Translations under genes and position numbers: made by a program | Source of the DNA: Octopus bimaculoides | Lineage: Eukaryota | Length of the DNA stretch: 64,000 nt | Assembly: GCF_001194135.2 (NCBI RefSeq) | Contig: NC_068982.1 | Location: forward strand, 21,457,760 to 21,521,759 | Reading direction: 5' to 3' | Shown: positions 1 to 12,820 of the stretch, piece by piece | Numbering within the stretch: the stretch's first letter is position 1 | Layout: each line of letters opens with the position of its first letter | The notes under the pieces: model-generated | What the model was told of the DNA's origin: nothing | Databases searched by the model: none | Seen by the model: the letters and a program-made list of their open reading frames with translations, nothing else

Positions 1-292
1 AGTTATCCATTACATCGGTATATTGCAAAGCATGTCTAATATAAGTAGTGACACCTACTTGGAATACGTACTTAAGAATACTTAACTATGTATTTTTGTA
101 GTTATTTGATTGTAGATTGTTAAATAAAATATTTTGAAATGGTTTGAGTGCAAACGTATATTCTGACGTACGTAATCATGAAATGATTTTATATTGTAAT
201 AATATATTTCTAGATATGATATGGTATATTTGAATAAGTAATGAGAAATTTTGAAATGATTTCATTGTGATAATCTACATTTAAACAGGTAT

Positions 293-476
293 TGTAGTGA
301 AAGCCGGTTCCAGTGAAGAGCAGCATTACTGCAATGCCAGCCTGAAACTGGTCTTGCAAGTCTCAGATGGTTCTGATTCCTGTCTGAGATGGGATGGCAG
401 AGCATCAAATTAAGACCATTCTGCAGCTGTGTCCTGCTGAGCTATCAATCATTGAAACGACGAGAGAATGTCCTAT

Positions 477-549
<73 letters not shown>

Positions 550-1300
550 NNNNNNNNNNNNNNNNNNNNNNNNNNNNNNNNNNNNNNNNNNNNNNNNNNN
601 NNNNNNNNNNNNNNNNNNNNNNNNNNNNNNNNNNNNNNNNNNNNNNNNNNNNNNNNNNNNNNNNNNNNNNNNNNNNNNNNNNNNNNNNNNNNNNNNNNNN
701 NNNNNNNNNNNNNNNNNNNNNNNNNNNNNNNNNNNNNNNNNNNNNNNNNNNNNNNNNNNNNNNNNNNNNNNNNNNNNNNNNNNNNNNNNNNNNNNNNNNN
801 NNNNNNNNNNNNNNNNNNNNNNNNNNNNNNNNNNNNNNNNNNNNNNNNNNNNNNNNNNNNNNNNNNNNNNNNNNNNNNNNNNNNNNNNNNNNNNNNNNNN
901 NNNNNNNNNNNNNNNNNNNNNNNNNNNNNNNNGAGTGAAAGAGATTTTGTACGAGATTAGAATGTTGCCAAATTAATATAACCTATTTTGCTATCTGTTC
1001 CATAGATTGCACTAGATTCCTATCTATATATTGATTTGTCCACTTCGTTTGTATTTATTAATTCTCACCCTGGCTTATGGAAAATATTGTATACTTTATC
1101 TCCTACAATTAATAAAACGATAGTATTTGAATCCGTCTCTCCATATATATGTGTGTGTGTGTATGTGTGTGTGTGCGTGTGTGTGTGTTTATATATCTGC
1201 TAACTACTTGCTTTTTCTGAGCTTCTAATAAAGAAGACCTGGTAGGCATTTGAATGAATATGTTTTATGGGTGTGTTTTTATAACGTGATGCAGGAGACA
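293..1300 (+). mobile_element. Possible solo LTR / non-autonomous LTR-like repeat interrupted by (CA)n, a gap and (TG)n
   Basis: Starts TGTAGTG (293), ends GGAGACA (1300), with an AATAAA about 70 bp before the end and a GC-richer structured 5' part. No target-site duplication found. Confidence 0.25.
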
Positions 1301-1859
1301 TGAAAAAGTGTGAATGAAACTATCTGGAACGACTGGTAACTAAGTCAGGCATTTGCTCTTCGTTTGATATGCATATTATCAACAATTTATGCGTGTGTGT
1401 GTGTATGTATGCATGTTTCTATGTATGTATGTATGCATGTATGTACGTATGTAAGTATGTATGTGTCCGTGCGTGTTTCTGTATGTGTACATACAAATAT
1501 AAACTAATCATACACATGAAAGCGAATTTATATCCAGATGTAAACATTATCTCGAAGCAAACTCACATACACAATTCGATACGCACTCAAACCCCGCCAT
1601 GCATATGCACACGTCTCTCTCTCTCTCTCTCTCTCTCTCTCTNNNNNNNNNNNNNNNNNNNNNNNNNNNNNNNNNNNNNNNNNNNNNNNNNNNNNNNNNN
1701 NNNNNNNNNNNNNNNNNNNNNNNNNNNNNNNNNNNNNNNNNNNNNNNNNNNNNNNNNNNNNNNNNNNNNNNNNNNNNNNNNNNNNNNNNNNNNNNNNNNN
1801 NNNNNNNNNNNNNNNNNNNNNNNNNNNNNNNNNNNNNNNNNNNNNNNNNNNNNNNNNNN

Positions 1860-1895
<36 letters not shown>

Positions 1896-3950
1896 GCATA
1901 CATATATATATATGCATGTATGTATGCATATATATATGTATATGTATGCATATAAATATATACGCATACACACACTCATCTATATGTACATATGTGTGTT
2001 TCCGTGTGTACATATGTATACAAGTTTATGAGTAGTCATTTACAAATACTTACATTTAGCAGTTTACGTGTGTGTGTGTGTTTGTCTGCATGTGTCTGTG
2101 TGTTCGTAACTAAATACAAGCCGGACTCTTATATCCGTCTTTACCGTATATTTGCGTCCAACTATGTTACTAGCTACCTACTTAATCGTCTATCAGTTAT
2201 AATTGTAACCAAAACACACAAACATACACACGTAGATTAACATAGATACATACACATTTACACGCAATACACACGTGGATTAACACACATTCACACGCAA
2301 CCAATCGCACAAACGCACGTTTATTCACCTACATATTCCTTCAATCTTTCTACAATTATATATACTTGTATTAGTGTTACTAGTGGCTTTTTTTTTTATT
2401 ACAGTTAGTGATAAAAAATAACGTGTGTGTGTGTGTATGGGTGTTTGTGTGTGAACGCGTTTGTGTGTACATGTATACACATAATCTTCTATTTTCAGTG
2501 ATAAGGAAATGAAAGATAAAAACACTACGGTATTTAGAAAGCTGGGTTAATATCTATACAAAGCTACATACATATGTATTTAAAACGTGTGTCCTTAAAC
2601 GTGTCTGTCTGTTATTAAGAATGTCTTAAACGTAATTTCGTGTAAGTATTTTACATTTCTTATTTTTCTATATACAACGGCTTTCTAGATAATTCGGTTT
2701 TCTTTTCTAGGTGAAATATTTATGAATGTGTTCTTACGGCGTTTTGGTTTAGGTAGGTAGGTTTCGTGTTTTACTTAAGAGTATATAGCATTTTTAATGT
2801 AATATATTTCGTATGTGGCTTGATTATTATGAACTCGAGAAAGAGAGTATTGGATGAGACTCTGAATGTGTAACAGAAGCTACACGTCTAGGAATTATAA
2901 TCTACCTAACAAAATGTAAACAGTACTTATGTACATACATAGGTGCATATACACAGACACACACACACGCATATATGTCTTAATATACATACACGCATAC
3001 ATAGATTGCACACACACACACACGCACACATATGAGGGGGTAGACAGATAGATATATATATAAATTTTGCCCGGCGTGATAAAGAATCTGCCAGGCCACC
3101 GCATTATGTATGCATATATATATATGTATATATATATATATATGTATATATATGAATGTATGTGTACATAAGTATATATTNNNNNNNNNNNNNNNNNNNN
3201 NNNNNNNNNNNNNNNNNNNNNNNNNNNNNNNNNNNNNNNNNNNNNNNNNNNNNNNNNNNNNNNNNNNNNNNNNNNNNNNNNNNATAAATAGCCAAGTGTC
3301 ATCTACTATATACATATATACATATATAAATATACACACACACACACACACACCCACACACATATATATATATATATACATATCTATGTGTATATATGTA
3401 TGTGTGTATATGTATATATATATATATATGTATATATATGAATGTATGTGTACATAAGTATATATTATATATTTATACATATGTATGCGTATACATGTAT
3501 GTGTTTTTATGTGTGTGTGTTTATTGGTGTGTGCTTGTGTGTGTGTGTGTGTGTTTGTTTGTGTGCGTCCGTCTTTGTAGGCGTTTGTGTGTGTGTGTGT
3601 GTCTTTGAGACCACTGTTTCAAAACTGAGCATGTTTTTACGCCATCCTAACCTGTCCGTTCGGTGAAAAGTCTGATAGAATACGTACGAAGCTCTTAAAA
3701 TCTAAGTCCCGACGTCGATCCATTTGACTAAAACTCCTCAAGCCTAATGAGTGGAACAATTAAACTATATAGATAAACAAACATACTCACATGCCTACAA
3801 AATACCTACATACATATGCATACATATACTCACATACATAATGCATACATCATTACATACATACATCATGCATACATACATACATATATACATACATGCA
3901 TCCATCCATCCATACATGCATACATACATACATACATACGTACATACATA

Positions 3951-4917
3951 TCAACAAGTACTTGATGCACAAAAGGATAGAGATGCAGGAAAAGCAGTAA
4001 AATGTAGCAACCGGTGCAGATTTTGTGGAGTTCACACTGAAAATATCACCCACATCATAAGCAGTTGTTCAAAAACGTCATTATGGGATTATCTATCGAT
4101 TAGACATGATTTAGCTAGGACACTCTATGATGAAAGCCGTCGGAAGGATAATTTTGAAGACAAAGAAATACGAATCCACATTATGGCAGAGGCCATAGCG
4201 ACTCCTAACAAAATAGAATACTGGTGTAATGTACCAGTGAAGACCTGAATAAAATGTAAACACAATAAGCACAACAGACCTGGTATGATTTGGGATGGGG
4301 AAGAGAAACTGTGCACAATTTTAGAAATTAGCTGGCCAGCGGATGTTACCATAAAGCTGGAGATCATTGAAAAAGAGAAAATCTATGCTGAAGTAATCTA
4401 GGCACAAGGCCCGGAATTCTTCGGGGATGGGGCCAGTCGATTGCATCGACTCCAGCACGCAACTGGTACTCAATTCATCGAGCTAGCTCGCCGCCTTCCT
4501 ATGCTGAACTATTGAGAAATCTGCAGCTACTTTATCCATATTAGAACTTTAGGTTTATACCTGTAATTACTGGGGCCCTGTGAGATGTAACACACTGCCT
4601 AAATGTCAATCTTTAGAAATTAGGCTTCTCAAAATCAGAAAAGATAAAGCTAGTTTGAAGACTACAGATCCAATTCTTGACTGGAACTGTAAAAGTCTGT
4701 AAGTCTTTCCAGAAGTCTAGCATTTTAGTATATATGAGCATGTCTAGATATACAACTATAACTATGAGAATACATACATAAAACATACAAATTTGCATAT
4801 ATATAAAAAAAATACCCTGATGTTGATGTTCAAATTCCAATGAAGGCGAATTGGATCTAGGTTAGTAACCGGTTCTTTCTCTATTGTCAAGAAATCTTGA
4901 AATAATGTGAATAAGGC
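3951..4917 (+). mobile_element. 5'-truncated, decayed RLE non-LTR retrotransposon (R4/Dong-like) 3' end
   Basis: Translation gives the CCHC zinc knuckle CRFCGVHTENITHIISSC, then RHD, a degenerate RLE region (KHNRPGMIWDGEEKLCTILEISWPAD) and the C-terminus YAELLRNLQLLYP...FIPVITGAL. In-frame stops are present. Flanked on both sides by (CATA)n. Confidence 0.85.
4393..4498 (-). mobile_element. Internally deleted family B SINE inserted into the RLE LINE
   Basis: Minus strand reads the head AGGCGGCGAGCT joined directly to the 3' module (GAGTACCAGTTGCGTGCTGGAGTCGATGCAATCGAC...). Exact 10-bp direct repeat CTATGCTGAA at 4383-4392 and 4499-4508; removing the insert restores the LINE reading YAELLRNL. 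Confidence 0.8.
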
Positions 4918-5647
4918 CATACATATACACATACATACATACATACATGCATGCATACATACATACATACATGCATACACACATACATACATACATACAT
5001 ACATACATACACACATACATACATACATACATATATACATAGTCGCTTCTATATTCATGATGTTTTATGGTAGTGATCCGACGTACTTTTCTGAAAATGT
5101 ATATTTGTTCATATATTAAAATGGTTAATAAAATATTGTTATAAAAGTACAGAGTAGCAAAGTGTTTCAAGAAAAAAAAAAAACATATACAGCTACGTCA
5201 TCTTGATTGACCTAAACAACAAGAAAAGCAATTTGCAAACGGAATATGAAATTGTTTTTAATAAATCATTTTGGCATTATAAACTAATATTTCACATTCT
5301 TTATTCCAAGGAGCCAAACCACGCTACTACGAGTATGGAATATTTGCATTTCACATATATAAGTGTAAACCCCTACCCAACCACACCCACACGTATAAAT
5401 ATTCATATACATATATATAGGGGGGGGAGAATTCACAAAAAAGAAGAGACGAAATCAGGTGGTGTAGACAACAAACAGATGTATTAGTATAACACTCGGG
5501 AAGTGAAAAAGTCTTTAACGTTTCGAGACTACGCTCTTTCACAGAAAAGAACACAGAAAGAAACAAGGAGAGAAAAAAGGAAAGAAAGTAAGAATGTGTA
5601 GTGACTAGCGATCTATCATGGAGAAATATGTATATATATTTTTCTAC

Positions 5648-5681
<34 letters not shown>

Positions 5682-5992
5682 GTAGAAAAAATGTCAAGGT
5701 AGAAAATGCTAAAATAATTTTATAAAGAACATTTCTATATCGTTGTTGTTGTATTTGTGGCAGTCCTTCAGACTTTTTCACCTTTAAATATGGAAAACAA
5801 TTAAATTTTGAAAAAATTAGATGACAAATATTTTAAAAGAATATTGGCATAGTATTCAAATAGAAGTGGCATTTTCCTTGTTTCTGCCGGTCTCTGTCTC
5901 TCTTCTTTATCCTTGTAGGTTGGAGGTCTTTGTGAATTCTTGGCAAAGAAGATATACATGTGCATGTGCGTGTGAGTGTGTATACTCTTTTA

Positions 5993-6384
5993 CTCTTTTA
6001 CTTGTCTCAGTCATTTCACTGCGGCCATGCTAGAGCACCACCTTTAGTCGAACAAAACGACCTCAGGACTTATTCTTTGTAAGCCAGGTAGTTATTGTAT
6101 TGGTTTCTTTTGCCGAAACGCTAGATTACGAGGAGGTAAACACTGGCAAGCTGCGGTGGGAGTACAAACACTGACAGACAAACAGACATACACACAAATA
6201 CACATATACATACATATATATGTGTGTATACGACGGGCATCTTACAGTTTACGTCTGCCAAATCTCCTCACAAGGCTTTGCTCGGCCCAAACTATGGTAG
6301 AAAACAACTGCCAAAAGTGCGACGCAGTGGGACTGAACTCAGAACCATGCGGTTGGTAAGCAAGCTACTTACCACACAGCTACT
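5993..6384 (-). mobile_element. Family A tRNA-headed SINE, near full length, diverged
   Basis: Reverse complement matches the family A copy at 47860-48282 (head GTAGCTGTGTGGTAAGTAGCTTGCTTACCAACC, tail GACTGAGACAAGTAAAAGAG). Confidence 0.9.
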
Positions 6385-6569
6385 TTCACACACACACACA
6401 CATATATATTTGTTTGCATGAATAAATGGATGGATGGATGGATGGGTGTGGTTGTGGGTGAGCGTGTGCTTATATTTATCTTTATATTCTTGTGTGTGTG
6501 GTGTCTGTGTCATCTACAACCGCTTGAAAGCTGCTGTTAGTTTCCTCGTCTCCCAGTGACTTAGCTAGC

Positions 6570-6617
6570 TAGCTAGCTAGATAGATAGATAGATAGATGG
6601 ATAGATAGTAGTAGTAC

Positions 6618-6671
<54 letters not shown>

Positions 6672-6720
6672 CAGTAGCAGTAGCAGCAGCAGCAACAGTT
6701 ATAGTAGTAATAGAAGTATT
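6570..6720. repeat. Compound microsatellite (GCTA)/(GATA)/(TAG)n/(AGC)n
   Basis: Visible directly in the sequence. Confidence 0.95.
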
Positions 6721-6899
6721 AATAACAGCAGTATAGGTGCTATTTTGGGATGTGGTCTTTCGCAATCTTTTTTGGTGTCTCGTTATTGATTATCATAATG
6801 TATTTTAGCCTCGTGTAATTTCAGAAGAATCAGAAAACCATGTCAAAAAAAAAAAAATAGATGGAGTATTTAACTCCCATTTAAACAAAGTGGTCTGTA

Positions 6900-7680
6900 A
6901 TGTATATTTGTGCCTTGTTGTTCTATTAGTACTTGAGCTCCAGTTTAAACATCATCGAGCGCTCCTCGTGTACAGAGCAAGCGTGAGCCACATACCTATG
7001 TTCCCCAATATATTACAATGGTTCTTTCCAACTGAGGATCAGACTGTATAATCCGATGGAATGGTGGATGATACGGTATATTGTATGGTAGTCTCGACAT
7101 ACTGTATTTCCTGCTCTGTCAGATTGAAATTATTTGTTTGCATTATTGTGGTGAATACAATGGATATCTACAGGGCGGACTTTGGACGCCTCAGTTGCTC
7201 TTCCGCTGAAGAAATTGCTGATGGTGTGCAGCATAGAACCGTGCTTTCATCTATTGATATAGCTGTTATTTCTGCGTGTGACTGTATTTTTCTAGGCTGT
7301 GTGGGACAAATAGTCTATTATAATGTAATAGCATCTTGATTTGTTTCGTTCGTGACAGGATTTTTTTAAGGTAGTTCTTAATATATTGGCAAAATTTGGA
7401 TTTAAATACGTGAACCTCACATATCTAAATGGCGTTTCATTGTTTGTGTTGTTTTGTTCAGGAAGATGTTCATGATTTTCGATGTTTTCATCCTTCAATA
7501 ATACGTAGTGCGTTGCTGAATATTTTGTGTAGATTACCGTGCATGGTTTTGTTCATATTAGCAGCCATTCCATTATAGTTTTAATGTATCTTTGCAGCTC
7601 TGTGTTGTTTTCTTATGCCTGGCCAACTGTGGTAATAGTGATTATCGAACATATGCTTACGCAACAAGATCTTTTTTTAT
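6900..7680 (-). mobile_element. Highly decayed Penelope-like element (RT thumb/linker plus GIY-YIG endonuclease)
   Basis: Minus frame 7054-7001 reads GLY-SLILSWKEPL*-YIGE, the canonical GIY-X11-YIG spacing. Upstream pieces ELQRYIKTIM and RYVRFTYLNPNFANILRTTLKK resemble PLE post-RT linker. Many stops and frameshifts. Confidence 0.45.
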
Positions 7681-7923
7681 AAGTATTTTGCGTATTGTGT
7701 AAACGTCAATGTTGTGTAGGAATGAGATGGTAATGGCTCACGCGTTGCTATCGGTGGTTGTTTTGTGCTTGAATTATGTTGGGCGAAGTAGTAAGAGGAT
7801 GAGAAAACGGAAGTGGAGGACAAAGGTGTAGAAGAAGCAGAAGTAGCCGTATCAGAAAATGCAGCGGCTGTAATGTGGAAATGACAAAAGGGGAGAAAAT
7901 GATCTGATAATTTTGATAGTAAA

Positions 7924-8303
7924 ACTTGTAACAAGAGCACTCCGAGAGAGAGCAAACCTCCGCCAAGGCAACATCAGCTTCCTCTCGACGATTAGCAAGA
8001 GATGATTTTTCAAATGAAAATATTTGAAATAAACTCGACTGCTCTCACAAAGGAGAACACTAAAATGAACCCGACCGCTCTCAAAAATTAAGTAAAAGAA
8101 CAGGAAAAAGTATTCAGAATCCTTGTCTGGTACTGCATCAATCCCGAAATCTAATCATTTCGTGCCGTTTATGAGGCCAAACATCCCTGAAAGTTTCATC
8201 CGAATCCATCAAGCGGGTTTTGAGATATCTTGTCCACGATCAAACAAACAAACAAACATGACTGAAAACAATACCTCCGCATACGCAAAGGCGGAGGTAA
8301 TAA
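7924..8303 (-). mobile_element. Helentron-associated non-autonomous element (HINE/DINE-1-like)
   Basis: Minus strand starts TTATTACCTCCGCC with a 9-bp hairpin (8272-8280 / 8291-8299), then (GTTT)4 (8241-8258), a subterminal inverted copy GGCGGAGGT (7956-7964) and a terminal stem-loop GCTCTC-TCTCG-GAGTGC. This is the established DINE-1/HINE architecture. Confidence 0.75.
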
Positions 8304-10729
8304 TGCTCATAAATATTTTAATACATTTGGTAGTATCACTAGAAACAGAATCTCGTCTGTAGCGTAACTATGTGCTCTACCGCAGCAATATTGGGGGGAA
8401 GTGTTGGAAGTTAACAGACCGTAGGGTGATAGTAATAGGTGAAGCTCGCTTCCTAGTAGATTGACTAGTTGACACCTTGACAAATTGTTCCAAGAATGAA
8501 ATGCACATATTATTCCAATTTGAAGGGAAAAGCTTTCCAACCTTTTAGCACTCGTGTGACAAAGTAAATTTATATAAATATAATTAATATTATTTTTGAA
8601 ATCGTTATATATGGGCACCGTCTCGGTGAAGATTTAAGCAGATTTTTTCAATTCCTCAAATGTTAATTCTAACTAGGTCTTTAAATACGTTAAAAGACTA
8701 CTCTTGATGTTCGCGAACTCCTCATTTGGTATACTGTAAGATTTGTAATATAATTTTGTTAGCTGTAAAATCACAGAAATTCACGGTAGTAAGATTACTG
8801 GTTATTTATATTTAAGGTAAAATAATGTCTCTCAATTATTACAGTAAGACGGTAATTATCACAACGAGACGGTAAGTGCTTCATTTCTCTCTAATCCTAA
8901 ATTAATTCACCGTATTTTATGTTTAGCTTGTGTATACCTATGTATTCGCATCTAACAACGGAATTAAAGAATTGCCTACCATCGATGAATATTTCTGAGG
9001 AATCTCTCTTAACTACTTGAATTACATACATTTAAACCTATTTCCTGTGTCTTCGATAACATTTTCTTAACTCAAGGGTGTTTGTTTGATAGACAGAATG
9101 ATAAACATCAACAATGTTTCAAAGGGCGAAGCTAAAGAAATGCTTATTATAATTCTTTTTAACGAGTCTTATTTAGACTATTGTTGTACTGCTTACTACG
9201 TGTAGGTTGCCTTTCTTATTTAATTGTGAATTATTCTTAATGCTTAAATGCAACATTGTTTTAGCTAGAGCCATTCATTTTCATCTCTTTGAGTCCCTAA
9301 ACCATGAAGAACATTTCACGCACAGCAAGGCATTCTAATCTCTTTTCTAATTTCACTGTTTAATTCATTTCCTTGGCTTCAGTATTTATATCATTATACC
9401 TATATCTTCTAGTGTTTCTGAAATTCTTAGTGACTTTCTGATTATTTAATTTCTATATATGCTGCTTTTTCATATATGTTGTTGCTCTTATCAGTGACAA
9501 TGAAAATAATATTTACATCTATTGTGAAATGTTAAGCACAAGGTGTAAGCTTATTTTCACATAGATTCGTGTATTCATGCAAGTGCATGTTTGCCATAAT
9601 ATCCAAGGGATTGGTTATCAATGGCATGAGATATAAAATCTGCTTTTGTGGGCATCATCTTCCTTTTTCTCTCTGTGTGTGTATTTACATCAGAGTGTTC
9701 TGCGGCGGGTTCAGCGGTCTCGGGAACATAAAAAAAAATATTTCTTAAATACACGTTGCATATTTTCTGACCGTCACTTAGGTAATCACTGTAGTATGGA
9801 TACGCATCGTGGAATTCAGAAATTATATGCAGCTATGTTTAGTGTCAATATTTTTGGTCATGGGTAGTATGCAATAGTGTTTACTTCATCGTAAATCATA
9901 TGCTGCATGGACATTGATGAATCGTAAATGTCATGATATGTTTCTATTCATACAATGTGATGTCTCTCAAAACTCTGGAACATGTATCTATAAGACGGAA
10001 ACGCATAATAAAAAGATCCTTGAATTTTAAAAAAGCCAGAGCGATCCTCCGGTACACGAAAATACATCTTCTATAAACATGACACCATCGAGCGATTTTT
10101 CAGCCAAAATTTATAAGCTATTATTTATAGTTTTCTCTACTTCTAGTATAATTCATGTCTTCTGGAGTTACTAAACTTTCATGTCGTTAACATTATATAT
10201 ACCGCAACGGTGCACGTCGTGTAGGTATCTTTGACTATAACTCCAGGTCAACCAAAACGTTGTGAGCGGATTTGATTGACATAAATTGAAACAATTCCGT
10301 TGTGCACGCATGCGTGGGTGCTTGTGTGTGCATGCATACATGTATATATATAAATATATATATACATACATACATATATATATATAAATACATATACATA
10401 TCAGCAAATATACATACATATATCTAAATATATAAAATATATAGTTTTAGGGAAAATAACCAATTTTCAAGAACTCATCGATGAAAATCCACTGATTTTA
10501 ATTGAGTTTTTTACCTATAATTTTGGATTTTGTCCCTAATATTATTATATATCTAAATATATATATACATGTCAGTAAATATACATACGTGTATGGATAT
10601 ATGACAGAAACGTGATGGAAAGGCCAATTTAAAATCGGATAGATAGAAACTAACGGAATGAGCCTCGACATTTCAGAGAGATAGGGAGAGAAATAGAGAG
10701 AGATAGAAAGAAATAGAGAATGTAGGGTG

Positions 10730-10772
<43 letters not shown>

Positions 10773-11477
10773 TGTGTATTTGCGCGTAAATCTCATGAAT
10801 TTCTGAAATAAGGTGAACTACCTGCACCATTCAGTGACTGTAATGTACATATGTATGTCGCTGTATAGAACAAAATCCGCTTCTATCGGTATGTATTAGC
10901 ACTTGTGTATAACTGTAAGAGCTTGAATGTGTATATGTTTGCAACAGTGACGCTAGCACAGCATAAAATCATAAATTTGGTGCTGTAAAAATAACTCGGA
11001 ACATATTTTTTTGTCAAGAAATACATATAAGAATGTGCGCACGATTACGTGCCTGTATACGAATGAATTTCAAACAGAAGCACGCACATACATATATACA
11101 TATATACACATATACACATGTGTGTGTATGTATGTGAGCATGTGTCTCTGCGTGCTTGTAGACGTGTAGTTACAAGCACACACGTTCAAAGCTAACAGCA
11201 TGCATGGAGACACACACTCTATGTGCACCTATCAATATTTAATAAAAGTACGTCTCCAAAAACTAGAATTCTCAAAATGCAGTCAAAGACACTTAAAAAT
11301 GTATATAAAATGCTGTAATTTTTTTTCTTTATACCCCACGCGCCCCCACCGTCACAAATCATGAAAAAAAGTCTGTTATCGTCTTTGGCTAATCACAACC
11401 AAAATCTGCATTACTAAAAAGCATATATCGATTGTGACCTAACCTCAAAAAAAAAATGCATCAACACTTAACAAATA

Positions 11478-11479
11478 GC

Positions 11480-11560
<81 letters not shown>
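11478..11560. repeat. (AAT)n microsatellite
   Basis: Visible directly in the sequence. Confidence 0.97.
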
Positions 11561-12199
11561 TGTAAGTGCTTCTGTGGCAATCAATTCTTCACATATCGTT
11601 GGAACCGGTAAAGCGATTTATATATGAAAAAATAAAAATAAAAGAATAATTATTGAAAATAGCATTATAAAACCAAAAATGAAATCCAGTGTGCATTTTG
11701 ATAATTTTTGTGTAAGATGCTCAGAGTGGATGGTCTGTTGCTGCATGAGGGGTTGTGTGTTGAGGCCGGGGTGTTCCTCAAATGTGAATGATGTTTGTCT
11801 GCTTGTGTATGATCGTGTTTGTGTAGGCGACAGATCGGTGGTATTAGTGTGCGTGTGTGTGTGTGTTTCTGTGGTAGAGTGGATATGTTAAGCAGCATGG
11901 CATGATTACGTCAAGTTAATTGTAGACCGATGATATTTCACATTTGGAAATTGAAGAAGTGAAAGTTAAAAATAAAAAAAAAGGAAAATGGAAATCAGTG
12001 AGGTACAGATAGAAAGATAGAAAGACGGAGGGAAGGAAAGAAAGAAAGAAAGAAAGAGATAAAGGGAGAAAGAAAAAGAAATATTCCTTGTTATTGTTAT
12101 TGTTGGTGTTTTCTTTTATAGCCACTGACTTGAAAGTTTGATGTCGAAATGGATTAAATTGAATATTAATGCACAATGTACAAGTGCATGCCCTTCCTT

Positions 12200-12820
12200 G
12201 TTAGTATTGTTATTACTGTTGTTGGTGTTGTTGTTATTGATGTTGTTTTAACTTTTTTTTTCTTTTTTACTTTGTTTATGACTTTTGATTTGGTTTCACT
12301 TTTATTGTTGTTGTTGTTGTTGTTGTTATTGCTGATCATAATGGGGAGAGGGGTCAAATGAGACGAATGAAAAATGGAGGAGGTGAAAGTAATGATGGTT
12401 GCGGCGGTGGTGAGCATCGTATTGATGATGATGATGTTGATGAGGTGGAGCATGACAATGCAGACAAGGGTGAGGAGGACGACGACGGTGAAGGTAATAA
12501 TAATGATGATGATGATGATGATAATGATGATGATGATGGCGACCACTACAACACCGACGACAACAGAGATGGCGACGGCGTTGAGAATCATGTGCATGCT
12601 AATTTTATTTATTTATTTTAATTTAACATTCCTTTTAATTTCTGTTATTTTATTGTTGAATATTCTGATGGTTGTGTCAATGTAAGGAGATGACGATGAA
12701 AATGAGGACAATGATGATGATGATGATGATGAAGAATGCCATGCTGCTGCTGGTGATGATGATGGAGATAACAATGATAACAATATTGATAATGATAATA
12801 ATAATAATAATAATCAATTT
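12200..12820. repeat. Degenerate (GTT)/(GAT)/(AAT) trinucleotide low-complexity tract
   Basis: Visible directly; explains the poly-D/M/I ORFs in the track. Confidence 0.9.

Noticed and set aside
305-470. Hammerhead-like pieces (GTGAAGA...GAAAC...GTC; CTGCTGA...GAAAC)
   Set aside because: The core deviates from CUGANGA and stem I does not pair.
3100-3470. Sequence duplicated on both sides of short gaps (also 60745-61090)
   Set aside because: Most simply an unmerged contig overlap or collapsed minisatellite, not biology.
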